From: Eledone cirrhosa
Lineage: Eukaryota
Direction: 5' to 3'
Assembly: GCA_964016885.1 (NCBI GenBank)
Contig: OZ024742.1
Coordinates: forward strand, 69,750,001 to 69,814,000
DNA: 64,000 nt
This document shows, in pieces, positions 1 to 17,484 of this stretch. The notes beneath the pieces are model-generated. The model was not told the DNA's origin. It saw only the letters and a program-made list of their open reading frames with translations, and did no database searches. The translations under genes were made by a program, and so were the position numbers. Each line of letters begins with the position of its first letter. The first letter of the stretch is position 1.

Positions 1-1373
1 CACTGAGCACCTCCGGGATATTCGTCTCGGGGGTAATTCCCCCATCGCCCGCCACTTTGGTGGCCCTGGACATTCCGCACGCCATCTCAGTCTGTGGCCT
101 ACTCCAGTGCCACGGAACACCCGCCAATCGCCTTACGGTCGAACAACGAACTATCTTCATCCTACAGACCCACACTCTCCCCGGCCTGAACTCCCCACCC
201 TTATTCCTTTAGCCTTCGACCGCCCCCCTCCCCCTACACTTATCCCCCACTAACACCACTAACACACCCCTCCTTTTCACCGCCCACCCCACAACTAACA
301 ATACTAACACCTCCACACCACCCCTCATCTGACCACCCTTCCCCAACTAACATACTAACATCCCTCCCTTCTTCTCCTCCTCCCCCTCCTTATCACACGC
401 ACACACCCACCGGCACATATATACACGCGCTCACACTAAACACACACCCTACTACCACCACTAACCCTCACCCCCACACCTCCATCCCACCACCCCGCAA
501 CTAACCTCACTAACACCCCCTAACCCCAAGCACACGAACACACGCACCCACTTACACCACCCACCCCACATGCAACTAACATCACTAACACCCCCCAACC
601 CCACGCACACGTACCCACACACCCTCGTACACCACCAACTCTACACACCCTACCACCACTAACCTCCACTCACACCTGCATTCAATCCCTCCTCACCTCC
701 CGTATACTAACACCCACTAACACCTCTTCATCAAACTACACACACACCAGTACACCACACTCCCTCCATAGAACCACACACACCCTTCTCTCCCCGCTCC
801 ACCCACACCCTCGCTCCACACTCACTCATCCCACTAACACCTCTACTAATACACACACACACACCCTCCTCACTCCAACTTTCACACCTACCCATTCTCG
901 CCCCTTTACCATTCCACCGACTGCTGCTATGCCCTCTGACCACCTCCCAGCACAAACAGACACACAGCACTCCCACTGCTTGACCATTTCCTGTTGCGCG
1001 CGCACCCCACATCTCTCCTCTTCCGACCCTCGCTTCATGGAATACCCGCACGCAGAAATTGACCAACACAGAATCCGCTAAACACCTTTGGAATTTACCT
1101 ATTTTTCAACCATCCTCTTGCGTAATCACCTATATAACTCACCCACACACACACCCCAAAACAATTTTTTTTCTCCACACGCTACCTACACCCACAACAC
1201 TTAAACCCCACACACACGTGCTTTCCACTACATATTTACACCCTCAGCCTCCTGCTTCCTCTCCCCCACCCCTCTATCCACACATACACAGACACTCCGA
1301 CCCCCCCCCCCCTCCCACACACACACACCTCTTCCTGAACATGCAACCCCGTTCTTCCCCCAACCCTTACTTT

Positions 1374-1404
<31 letters not shown>

Positions 1405-1850
1405 GTACACCTACCCACACACACCACCTTCAGCCCTCCCCGCTCGGACACCCCGTCTCCCTCTCCCCACTCCACCCGCCACCACCCCTACACACCCCAC
1501 ACCCTTCCACCACCTGTTTTATCTCCCTTTTAATTTCAGTTTATTTTGATCATGCTTTTATATTTAAATTTATTTCATTCCTTGTATTTTGATCATACTT
1601 TATTTTTATTTTTATCTTTATTTTTTTATTTTTTCATTCGCACCATTTCCTTTCGCTATATGTCTCTCCACCACTCCCCTACACACCCTTTGAACTCTGT
1701 TCCCACACACTTCTCACCTGAGGAAGGGCTTATGCCCGAAACGTCGTCCCCCACAAACACCCCACTCTCCAGAGCGTGAAATTAATAAACATTCGTTGTA
1801 CCGCCTCTCTGTTTTGTCCCTGTTCAAATTTTTCCATTATATATATATAT
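1..1850 (+). mobile_element. 3' end of a Penelope-like element: GIY-YIG C-terminus (1-212, one frameshift), CA-rich tail, HHR and polyA signal
   Basis: Translation gives TEHLRDIRLGGNSPIARHFGGPGHS and then VCGLLQC...RLTVEQRTIFILQTHTLPGLN, typical of a PLE endonuclease C-terminus. HHR at 1716-1747, AATAAA near 1784, ends in (TA)n. Confidence 0.75.
1716..1747 (+). ncRNA. Minimal type I hammerhead ribozyme
   Basis: ac-CTGAGGA-a-GGGC ttat GCCC-GAA-ACGT-C-gt; palindromic stem III ACGT; stem I only 2 bp. Confidence 0.75.
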
Positions 1851-2242
<392 letters not shown>

Positions 2243-2743
2243 TACATATATATTAAAAAAATAGCACCATGTAAACACATCCGATGTTTTACAGAACCGG
2301 AATATATATATATATATATATATACAAAATTAAGATAAATTAAATGAATTTAATATAAATCAAAATTATGGGTGTCATGCCAGAAAGACATGCACCATAT
2401 CACCCGGAAAATAAGCTCTAAGATACTAACGAGTAGGTCCGAGCATTTTATAATAACTAAAAATTGATTAACATATATATAAACATGAATAATCACAGTA
2501 GATAATTTTTACAAGTGTTTAACCACACATAGCTAGGTAGGTAACTAAATAAAGTTGACCAGAACTTCAAAAATAGATACCTTATAATATGATTAATCTT
2601 CCCTGTATATATTCCATTAAAGAAATATATTTCACCAATTAATCGGATGGTAAACCACGGAAGTGGGGACTTGGATTTTCAACAACGAAGAAGTTTCAGC
2701 AATCCGTGCTTACACTTCAAGTTCAAACCTGCGACTGTCCATC

Positions 2744-2780
<37 letters not shown>

Positions 2781-2937
2781 CGATAACTTCACTAGTTCCT
2801 TTCCAGAATTTTAAATAAGATAAATTCTTAATTTGTGGTATTATTCTGTCTAAAATGTTTTTGCTAAGTCTGCCAAGGTCCAATTTAGATGGAGCAATTA
2901 ATCTGACTGGTAAATCCGCTTCAAAATTCCTATATAA

Positions 2938-3049
<112 letters not shown>

Positions 3050-3099
3050 GTTCTATTTAAATTGTTGGGATACAACAAGCAAATATATATATTTATATA

Positions 3100-4726
3100 G
3101 GAATTTTGAAACGGATTTATCAGTCAGATTAATTGCACCATCTAAGTCGTCCTTGGCAGACTTAGCAAAAACATTTTAGACAGAATAATACCACAAATTA
3201 AGAATTTATCTTATCTAAAATTATAGAAAGGAACTAGTGAAGTTATCGATTGGTTTAAGGAAATTAAATATAACTATAATAATAAGTGTATTCAGTTGGA
3301 TATTGCTAACTATTACCCATCTATCACTCCTAATCTACTGAATAAAGCACTAACTTACGCATTTAAACATACAGACTTAACTAGCAATGAAATGCACATT
3401 ATATTATCGGCACGGAAAACATTAATAGAATTTAATAACCAACTCTGGACTAGGGCAGATAGAAATAATAACTTCGATATAACTATGGGATCATCCGATT
3501 CCGCTCAGGTAACGGATCTTGTGGGCCTCTTTATAAATAATTCTCTACATAGGAAAATACCTGATACAACCGGAGGTTTATATCGTGACGACATGCTTTT
3601 ACTTATAGAAAATAATAACTGTGAACTAAATAGAAAAAGAAAACAAATTTTACAATTTTTTAATTACCTTAATCTAAAAGTAGAAATAGAGAATAACCAT
3701 AAAATAGTTAACTTTCTAGATGTAACACTAAACCTTAACACATGTCTTCATTATCCATTTCACAAATTAAATGAGAACTTAAACTACGTCAATTTTAACT
3801 CTAATCACCCCAGATCCGTTAAAAATACTATAGTGAACTCTGTACAGGAACGAATTTCGATAATTTCAACTAATAAGAATATATTTGACGAAAAAGCACA
3901 TTATTACAACGAACCGTTAGGTAGAGCTGGGTATAGAAATAAAATTAAATACATTGATAATAATATAACAACTAACCATATTCGTAACAATTTTAACTAT
4001 TTTAAAAATGTTAACAACTATAATAGAAAACCTTACAATAATTCCGAAAACAAAAAAAGAAATAGAACTAGGAACATATTATGGTTCGCTCCTCCTTTTT
4101 CATTAAATATTAAAACCCCTATTGCTAAACTATTTTTTAAAGTTCTTGACAAATGCTTTCATAAAACACATAGATATTATTCAATTTTTAATAGACATAC
4201 TATAAAATTAACTTATTCTTCCACCAAAAGCTTAGCGCAAAATATTAATAGAATTAATAATAGAAATTTAAAACCTAACCAAAATACCACTAATAACCCA
4301 AGCAATATCCAATTTGATAAATGTAACTGTAGAATTAAATCTAACTGTCGGTTAAATAACAATTGCTTAGCTAAAACTATAGTATATAATTGTAATGTAA
4401 AAACTAATTTTAATTCATTTAATTATGTGGGATCCACTTCTACAGAGTTTAAATCCCGCTTCAATAATCATAAAAATTCTTTTACAGATCCAAACAAAAA
4501 ATCTTCAACTTCTCTATCTAGCTTATTATGGGACCTCAAACTAAATAATGTTGAATATTCGTTGATTTGGAATATTATTTCATAAGCTACTCCTTTTAAC
4601 TCCACTTCAGAAAATTGTGATCTTTGTATAGAGGAAATATTTTTTATATTAAAGACCAAAAATTCCCTGAACCTAAGGAACAATTTATTCAGTTGCTGTA
4701 GACATAGATTGAAAATCAACGTTTAA
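3100..4726 (+). pseudogene. PLE reverse transcriptase plus C-terminal GIY-YIG endonuclease, disrupted by in-frame stops (TAG 3224, TAA 4583)
   Basis: RT motifs DIANYYPSI, FDITMGSSDSAQVTDLVGL, GLYRDD, VNFLDVTLNL, SNHP. Endonuclease CNCR...CL..TIVY...YVGST..FKSRFNNH, with CDLCIEE..CCRH after the stop. Confidence 0.85.
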
Positions 4727-6315
4727 ATATAAATTTAAAACGTAATATATAATTAATTAATTAATTATATTAATATATTGAACCTATCGATAAATCATTA
4801 GATTCCTTCATTTTTTGACTGATTATACACTCAAGTAAAAAAAACTTTTCTTCCTAAATATAAATAAACATAATAAATTCTTCTAGAGAAATATACTGAA
4901 AGCTCTTAAAAGGGGAAAATAATTTTTGATAGTTTCTCCTATTTTCGAAAGTTTATCTTTTGAAAGTTTTTTTTTCTTTCTCTTATGGATATAAAAGTAA
5001 ATTAAGTTAGGTAAATATACGTGGAAAATTTTTATACTAAATTTATTAAACATATCATTATTTTAAAATTAAAACTTGAAATATTCTATATTTTTAAAGA
5101 TATATTGTTTTAAAATTATATTGCTTATAATTATATTTCCAAATCGTAATATAATTCTTTTGTATTTTATGTACTTCAAGTATACTATGTACTATATTTA
5201 TATATTCTTCTCTATATATATGTGCGTATATGTGTGTATATGTGTGTATTGAAATACATATACATATGTTTTATGCGTGTATGTCTATTTGTATGTATAT
5301 ATGTTTGTGATGCATATCTACATATTCGTGTGGGTTCATATATATATATGTATACGTGTGAATTGTGTATGTATATATATATATATGCATACAATTCGAT
5401 TGCACTTATTTATAGAGATTATCCCAAGGTTCGTGACAAATAAACATAAAATAACAGTCATAACTACATAACAGGTTAATCTTATAAAACTTATATAAAA
5501 TTTTGTATGATAACATAAAGTGTGTATAACAAAAAAGATTTCCTTTAATATCTTAATAATTTGTAACATCTATATAACTAAATAACATATTTTCCTTCAC
5601 GCTGCTTTGATATTACATTGAAAAGACTTTCTCTGATTTTATAAGTTTCCTATATCTTAAATTAAAAAATCCTTTATATTTTGTATGTATATATTATATA
5701 CGTAGTTAGATATGTATATATATTTTTATACGTGTGTATATATATTTATATATTTTCTGCGTGTGTATATGTGTTATATTCTTCTTATAATATATAGTCT
5801 TAATAATAATATATAGATTTCTTAATATAAAGATCTCAATTTTTAAAGTATTGATCTCAATATTATAACTGATTAACTAAACATTTAATCATATTTAAAC
5901 AATGGTTAAATTTCTCATATTATATATGTATATTCCATTCATGCTTATTAACATTTCAAAATTTTATTTATTCATTTCATCTCAAATGTTAAGATAAATC
6001 TACAAGATATGACTTGGAGTTTTCACTCTCTCTCTCCTTTCTCTTTCTCCTCTCTCTCTCTCTCTTTTTCTTTTACTATTTCTATTTCTTTTCTCTCTCT
6101 GTTGTTATGCTCTCTCTCTCTCTCTCTCTCTCTCTTTTCTCTCTTTTTTCTCTCTCTGTTATTCTGCTCTCTCACTTTCTCTTTCTCCGTAACCCAACGG
6201 CTTACCTAATACTATAAGTATAAATATAACTCCACTATCCGGGAGCTTCCAACAGTAATGGTTGCATTCTTTAAGGGTATGTCAATATTTATTTATAAAA
6301 CTGCTCTATATTATA

Positions 6316-6376
6316 TTTTATCTGATGAAAGCACACCATAATTTAACTTAGTGTCCTTGAAATATGTATAATCAAA
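6316..6376 (+). ncRNA. Degenerate type I HHR in the PLE 3' tail
   Basis: ttttat-CTGATGA-(stem II)-GAA-ATATGTAT-A-atcaaa; same stem I/III design as the HHRs at 48304, 48649 and 51121. Confidence 0.55.
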
Positions 6377-6418
6377 TAAATATGGTTTTATAAATATAGT
6401 TTCCATTTGTTAATATCG

Positions 6419-6477
<59 letters not shown>

Positions 6478-6618
6478 CGGCTCTGTAAAATAGTAAAATA
6501 TCTGATGTGTTTACATTGTGCTATTTTTTTTAGTGGTAATAAGGTGGTAATGAATTACTGACCTTTCCTGTTTATAATTATATATAGTGTATATATAAGT
6601 ATAAATAATATTATTATT

Positions 6619-6808
6619 GGCGGTGGATTAGCAGTATCGGTAGAGGGTCGGATGCCATGCTTTGCAGCACAGTTACGTCCCTTTACGGACTGAGTTCAAA
6701 TTCCGCCAAGGTTAACTTAGCCTTTCATACTTACGGGGTCGATAAAATAAAGTACCAGTAATGCTCTGAGATAATTGCTGGCCTTGTGCCAAAAGTAGAA
6801 ACAATTAT
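6619..6808 (+). mobile_element. tRNA-derived SINE (octopod-type)
   Basis: A-box-like start GGCGGTGGATTAGCAG, B-box GAGTTCAAATT, body CTTTCAT..GGGGTCGATAAAATAAAGTACCAG; related copies elsewhere in the window. Confidence 0.75.
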
Positions 6809-7366
6809 TATATATATATATATATATATATATAAACAGAATAACTGGGCATGTTATAATCATTAAACATCTTTCCCCAAAAAAGTGCAACATAGTTACC
6901 TCCCTTAGATTTTTACGCCTCTTTGTAACCACCATTTTTTATTTACAAATTAGGCTCATTCGCCTTCATCTTCATAAGCTATAAACTCTGATGTCTATTT
7001 ACCTCTCCTTTAAAGGAATCTTTATCCAAGGAATTATTAGTTGGATTAACTTTAAATAACATTAATTTAAAGAATTCTTTCTTCTCTGAAGATTCTATAC
7101 TAATAACATTAACAACAATGTATTATATTTGGGTGCGTATACGTACAAAATATATGTGTGAACTGTTACTCGTTATTGTATTGATGAAACATAATGTAAG
7201 ATGTAAAGTTTGGTTTTAAACATATTGCCTTCTTCTCCATTTATTGTGTTTATACTTGCTTTGCTGACCTTCTGTGCTTAATCTTCATTAAATATTAACC
7301 CTTCTAAACTTTCTCTCTCCTCCTTTCTTATGATACATATTTCTTCCTTTATATATATATCTCTTC

Positions 7367-7409
<43 letters not shown>

Positions 7410-7410
<1 letters not shown>

Positions 7411-8061
7411 TAGGATTGGTGCCCTGAAATAGCGATGTATACATGAATGTATGTATAGTATATGTGGCGATATACTGTATGCTTAATTAAAAACATTTTC
7501 AAGACCTTGCGCTATTATTTTAAAGTAGTGACTATGTCAATTACTTCTTTTTTCAACAAGGGAAGAGAGATAAGCTGACAGATCTGTTTCACATTGTTGG
7601 TGTTCATCAGAGCTTAGCACACGCCGTCCTTTGTTGAAAATTATAGAGGCAGGATTCTTATAGAATTCCAGTAATAATCAGGAATAATCTTGAAAATGTT
7701 TTTAATTAAACATACAGTATATCGCCAAATATACTATACATACATTCATGTATACATCGCTATTTCAAGGCACCAATCCTAATTTTCAATTTTTGCTGGA
7801 CCGGCAATCGCTTCCTATAATCAGTTCCTGATTATTACTGGAATTCTATAAGAATCCAGCCTCTATAATTTTCAACAAAGGACGGCGTGTGCTAAGCTCT
7901 GATGAACACCAACAGTGTGAAACAGATCTGTCAACTTATCTCTCTTCCCTTGTTGAAAAAAGAAGTAATTGACATAGTCACTACTTTAAAATAAATGCGC
8001 AAGGTCTTGAAAATGTTTTTAATTAAACATACAGTATATCGCCAGATATACTATACATACA

Positions 8062-8066
<5 letters not shown>
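7410..8066. mobile_element. Retrozyme-like insert: inverted partial unit plus about 1.2 forward 317-bp units; HHRs at 7571-7616 (minus) and 7893-7938 (plus)
   Basis: Direct repeat TCTTGAAAATGTTTTTAATTAAACATACAG at 7688 and 8005. HHR taagct-CTGATGA-ACAC caaca GTGT-GAA-ACAGATCTGT-C-a(a/g)ctta. (TA)n on both sides. Confidence 0.8.
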
Positions 8067-8109
<43 letters not shown>

Positions 8110-8112
<3 letters not shown>

Positions 8113-9340
8113 CAATAAATGAAAACCAACAGGTGCGTGTGTTTTTATCAGCAGCATGAACCTCTCAAAGTATAACAATATATATATATATGTATTTCAA
8201 TTTATATACATTTCAATTTATTATAAATTTCCGGTTGGTTGGTTCGATAACCGGATGGTTATAACAGGAAACATGAGTGGACTAGCAACATCACAACTAG
8301 TAATTAAGGACAAAATGAAGACATACAGACACATAGAAAACCAAACTAACAAAACAAATCAGGCACACAACAGATAGAACAAACAAACAACTAGTGACAA
8401 GTAAATAGGCACATAAATAAATAAGTAAATAAATAAATAAGTAAATAAACACACACACGGATGTAACGTTTGCGCAAACTAAGCACACTACACACAAAAA
8501 CAAGATGGTGTAGGACAGAACAAAGGAGGGACACAAAATAAAAACCCAGTCACTGAGGAGGTCACAGAATGTGTGACGATAGAGCTTTGACAATATATAA
8601 ACAACCATCCGGTTATCGAACCAACCAACCACCCGGAAATTTATAATAAATGGAAGTGAAAACAACAGGTGTGTGTTTTTATTGGCAGCATGACCCTCCC
8701 AAAGTATAACAATGTCTGTTTCAACACAGCTTTTCCAATAAGAAATCTTGTAAAACAAATTAAAAAACGAGCTATATATATATATATTTCGTTTCTGAAT
8801 TTGTTTAGCAAGATTCATTATCTGAAAACGTGTGTTGAAACCGATATTGTTATGCTTTGGGAGGGTCATGTTGCCAATAAGAAACACACGCACCAACTGC
8901 TTTCACTCCAATTTATTATAAATCAAATTTAAGAATTTAAGAATTTATAAATTTCCGTTGGTTGGTTGGTTCCATAACCGGACGGTTGTTCATATATTGT
9001 CAAAGTTATTTCGTCACACTTTATGTGACCTCTTCAGTGAGCGGTGATTCTTTTCTTTGTTTTGTGCCTCTCCTTTGTTCTGTCCTACGCTATCTTGTTT
9101 TTAGGACAGAACAAAGGACAGGCATAAAACAAAGAAAAGAATCCCCAGTCACTGAAGAGGTCACAGAATGTGTGACGAAAGAACTTTGACAATACATGAA
9201 CAACCGTCCGGTTATGGAACCAACCAACCAACCGGAAATTAATAAATTCTTAAATTTATAAATTTAATTTATAATAAATTGGATTGAAAGCAACTGGTCC
9301 GTGTGTTTCTTATTGGCAACATAACCCTCCCAAAGCATAA

Positions 9341-9342
<2 letters not shown>
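8110..9342. mobile_element. Complex inverted/tandem cluster of one small HHR-bearing family; HHRs at 8549-8591 (plus, GAAA mutated to GATA), 8999-9041 (minus), 9148-9190 (plus)
   Basis: gtca-CTGAAGA-g-GTCAC agaatgt GTGAC-GAAA-gaac-TT-tgac; CCGGTTAT.GAACCAACCAACC blocks repeated in both orientations. Confidence 0.7.
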
Positions 9343-13924
<4,582 letters not shown>

Positions 13925-13925
13925 C

Positions 13926-14375
13926 TTTATTTGGGTTTGTTGGTTCACCACTGGATAGAACTGGTCATTCTGTGTGGTCAGCCATGATGTAATGTTATGG
14001 AAAGCACTCAACGTAATGCAACCACCCGTCTTCGTTTGTGTAGTTGGTGGTGCGAGTACGGAGTTAATTATTACAAAGTACTGATGTAAATCCTTGAAGG
14101 GTTTATTATAATATGATTATTTCAATGACCGGATTCTCACCTGATGATGTCACCGGATTCATACTGAACCCGGTCATTGAAATAATCATAGTATAATAAA
14201 CCTTTCAAGGATTTACATCAGTACTTTGTAATAATTAACTCCGTACTCGCACCACCAACTACACAAACGAAGACGGTTGGTTGCATTACGTTGAGTGCTT
14301 TCCATAACATTACATCGTGGCTGACCACACAGAATGACCAGTTCTATCCAGTGGTGAACCAACAAACCCAAATAA
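13926..14375. mobile_element. Fold-back mini-element with an HHR at 14138-14193 (plus)
   Basis: Inverted arms about 13926-14136 and 14168-14375; cac-CTGATGA-(ACCGG.TTCA tac TGAA.CCGGT)-GAA-ATAATCAT-A-gta. Confidence 0.7.
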
Positions 14376-14409
14376 ATATTCCTCCATAAATGTCGAGCGC
14401 TTTCAGATG

Positions 14410-14620
14410 TAATAATTGTTTCTACTTTTTGCACAAGGCCAGCAATTATCCCAGTGTATTATTGTTACTTTATTTTATCGACCCCGTAAGGATGAAAGGC
14501 AAAGTTAACCTCGGCGGGATATGAACTCAGACCATAAAGAGCTGTAACTCGTTGCTGCAAAGCATGGCTGGACGCCATGCTTTGAAGCAAAGAGTTACAG
14601 CCCTCTACTGATACTGCCAA
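14410..14620 (-). mobile_element. tRNA-derived SINE, same family as 6619
   Basis: Reverse complement of the 6619 body (TTTATCGACCCCGTAAGGATGAAAGGCAAAGTTAACCTCGGCGG). Confidence 0.7.
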
Positions 14621-15962
14621 ATGAACAGCGGCACCGACTCCAGTGTACAGCTATCGCCAGCATGGGGCTAACTAACCTTACACCTTTCGGATTTTGGATG
14701 CTTTGAGCTTTGTCTACCGCTCACCTAGTCCACCGCTGCTCCCATGTCGGCAATATCCAGACTACGGCAGACCTCACTGATTCCTCTAAATATTTCTGGG
14801 TATTCTAATATAACGTGTATTGTATTGACTGATTTCTCTATCCTATACTTCAGGGCATTTGAGATCCACGTTGAATATTAAGACTTGAACATACAGCAGG
14901 TATCACCTGATACCACCCCTTCTCTTCCATCCTCTATATCTATATGTATAGCCCTGTATTATCCGAGTACCCCTCGATCTTTCTTATATTTCCCCTGTGT
15001 TTTGATTTCCTCGATATCTTCCCTGTACTTCCGTTTTACTCCATGCATCACCACCCTAGTTATGACTGCATTTTTTGTTTATGTATTTTTATTGTTTTAT
15101 TTATTTACGTATTTGTACTTTATTTTTTTATATTGTATTTTGCTTATTATTCCTTTTACTTATGTATGTACTTACTCGCTCTATTCCCAGTACATAACTA
15201 CCACTGTGATCATTAGCACACGACCCTGGAATATACTCTATGTACCCATGTATCTGTTTCCTTATTCATTCCCCATACCCACCCTAGAAGCACACTAATA
15301 CAACCTGGACTAACTGGGGACTTGATATAGGCTATTAGTGCATTTCATCGCGTTTTACCACTCTCAACCTCACACCACGGGTGTGAATAAATATTAATTG
15401 TCTGGTAACACGCGATGATACGATGGATGTGGCAGATTTCCTGACTGCGCGCCGGCCAATAGGGCGTTTTAGCCTTCCTTGAGTGTTTGGAAAAATAAAT
15501 TTACCCTTCTTTCGATAAACGAAATTACTCGGACCCGCTCCTTCGTTCCGGGGCTAGGCCGGGCTCGAGACTCGCAGAGCTGCCGGCATTGACCGCCAAA
15601 TAGTACCCTTATTTTCTAGGCTTAGTCATAACCCTTAGCTGTATCATGCCTCTTCCTACTAGCACTTAACTAAACCCCCACACTGTGTGATATAATAGCA
15701 ACCGCTTGGTATATACGATGGCCAGCTGGCGATGGGGGGGGGGCACGCTGACACAACCGACGCCTAAGACAGCTACATTCCTGGAGTGCTCGGAAAAACT
15801 AATTTTCATTTCTTTCGCTAGACGATATTACTCGGAACAGCTGGCACGTGGAAGCAGGTGGTTAGCGTAGGACCCGCAGTCACCCCTGGTTATTGACCGC
15901 TAGCACGGGCATATTTTTACTATATATACTACCCTGACCATTTATCGTAACTATATATATCA

Positions 15963-16652
15963 CAATTAAGTTAAAGATGTACATCCATATATGTATACTG
16001 AAATACTAGTATGTATATGAATACACACACGTATACATATGTAGATGTACCAAGTTTTTTCACTGGTCACTTTACTGTGAGTGGCCAGCTATTCTGTATG
16101 TAAACACACAGACAAACCGGTTTTTAGAGTCATACTGGTTACAAACGAAACGAAATTTAATTTCGTTTCGTTATTTGTTTTTATCGTCTCCGTTGAACCG
16201 GTACTTACTCACACTCTATGCAAATTAGTCTGCCCACTACTAATTTTCATAGAAAAAGCATATAACGATATGTGCTTTTACGATTCTCTAGAGAGGCCGG
16301 AAGATAGGTAAATATTGCTGATGAGTTGTAACAACAACGAAACTAGTTCAATATTCCTTTGTCTGGCTTTCTGGAGAATAGAGGAAAGGTGTTTCCTCAA
16401 AAACCAGTATGACTCTAAAAACCGGTTTGTCTGTGTGTTTACATACAGAATAGCTGGCCACTCACAGTAAAGTGACCAGTGAAAAAACTTGGTACATCTA
16501 CATATGTATACGTGTGTGTATTCATATACATACTAGTATTTCAGTATACATATATGGATGTACATCTTTAACTTAATTGTTTAAGCGTCAGTCATACAAA
16601 AGTGAGTTACAAACGAAACGAAATTTAATTTCGTTTCGTTATTTGTTTTTAT
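15963..16652. mobile_element. Retrozyme-like insert: one 468-bp unit with terminal direct repeat plus inverted partial copy
   Basis: GTTACAAACGAAACGAAATTTAATTTCG at 16138 and 16606; 15963-16140 is the reverse complement of about 16402-16580; TA flanks. Confidence 0.8.
16311..16355 (+). ncRNA. Canonical type I hammerhead ribozyme
   Basis: AATATTG-CTGATGA-GTTGT aaca ACAAC-GAA-ACTAGT-T-CAATATT; stem I extends via ATTCTCTAGAGAGGCCGGA / TCTGGCTTTCTGGAGAAT. Confidence 0.9.
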
Positions 16653-17115
16653 ATATATCACACCTAAACTTCTTCATAAAAGCCTCCTTCTGTTAATTGT
16701 CACCTTCTCTCTATATCAATTACACATACTCTCTATTTCTCACTCTCTCTGTTTTTCTTTCCCCTACACACTCTCTCTCTCTCTGTCACTCCCTATCTCT
16801 CTTTCATTCACACACACTCTCTCCCTTTTTAATCTCTATGTCTGTTTGTCCTTGAAAAAACATATTTCGCGGCAATATCGAGCATGTCTGACCAGTCTGA
16901 TTGAGGAGTGACCTCAGCGCTAACACTTTCATCTGGCGGGATGGTAGTAGTACATTAAAGGCTTGCGCCCTCACACCAGAAGGTAGTAACTTGACCCAAT
17001 TATCGGCACTTGAGGGCGGTCTACGCAGCTACTAGCTGCTAAAATACCGGCCTCTTGTCTCTGATTTAAACACCAAGGATTTTTATCTGCTATATTCCTT
17101 CGTTATATTTTCAAT

Positions 17116-17171
17116 TACCTGAAGATGTCACCGGATTCATACTGAACCCGGTCATTGAAATGATCATAGTA
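17116..17171 (+). ncRNA. Type I HHR, same family as 14138
   Basis: tac-CTGAAGA-(stem II)-GAA-ATGATCAT-A-gta; palindromic stem III. Confidence 0.7.
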
Positions 17172-17484
17172 TAAAAACCTTTCAAGGATTTACGCCAGCA
17201 CATGCCTCCTGTTATTTTGTAATAGATAGATAGATAGATAGATATATTTCTTTATTAGCCACAGGGGCACAAAAGAAGGGGACAAATACAAAGGGGGAAG
17301 TTTACATACAATAAAAACGTGTAAAATGTTATCACAGATGGAATTTAAAAGTTAGTCGATTTTCCCCAATAGAGGGAGACAGTTTATATGGGTAACACAT
17401 ACCCCCGAAAAAAAATGTGCAACCCTCATCTCCAGGAGTACTAAGAGCTTGTACTCCTTTCCTCTCCTCCTCCCTTTCCTCAAC

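Noticed and set aside
2685-2727. HHR-like folds at 2.7 kb (minus), 47.1 kb and 59.85 kb
   Set aside because: Core nucleotides have two or more mismatches; possibly decayed ribozymes but not supportable.
3224-4585. Selenocysteine recoding of PLE stops, as in some Naiad elements
   Set aside because: The stops are TAG and TAA rather than TGA, the inverted copy has TGG at the first, and the endonuclease is C-terminal.
6619-6710. tRNA genes at SINE heads (also about 61390-61457)
   Set aside because: No complete cloverleaf; they continue into repeated SINE bodies.
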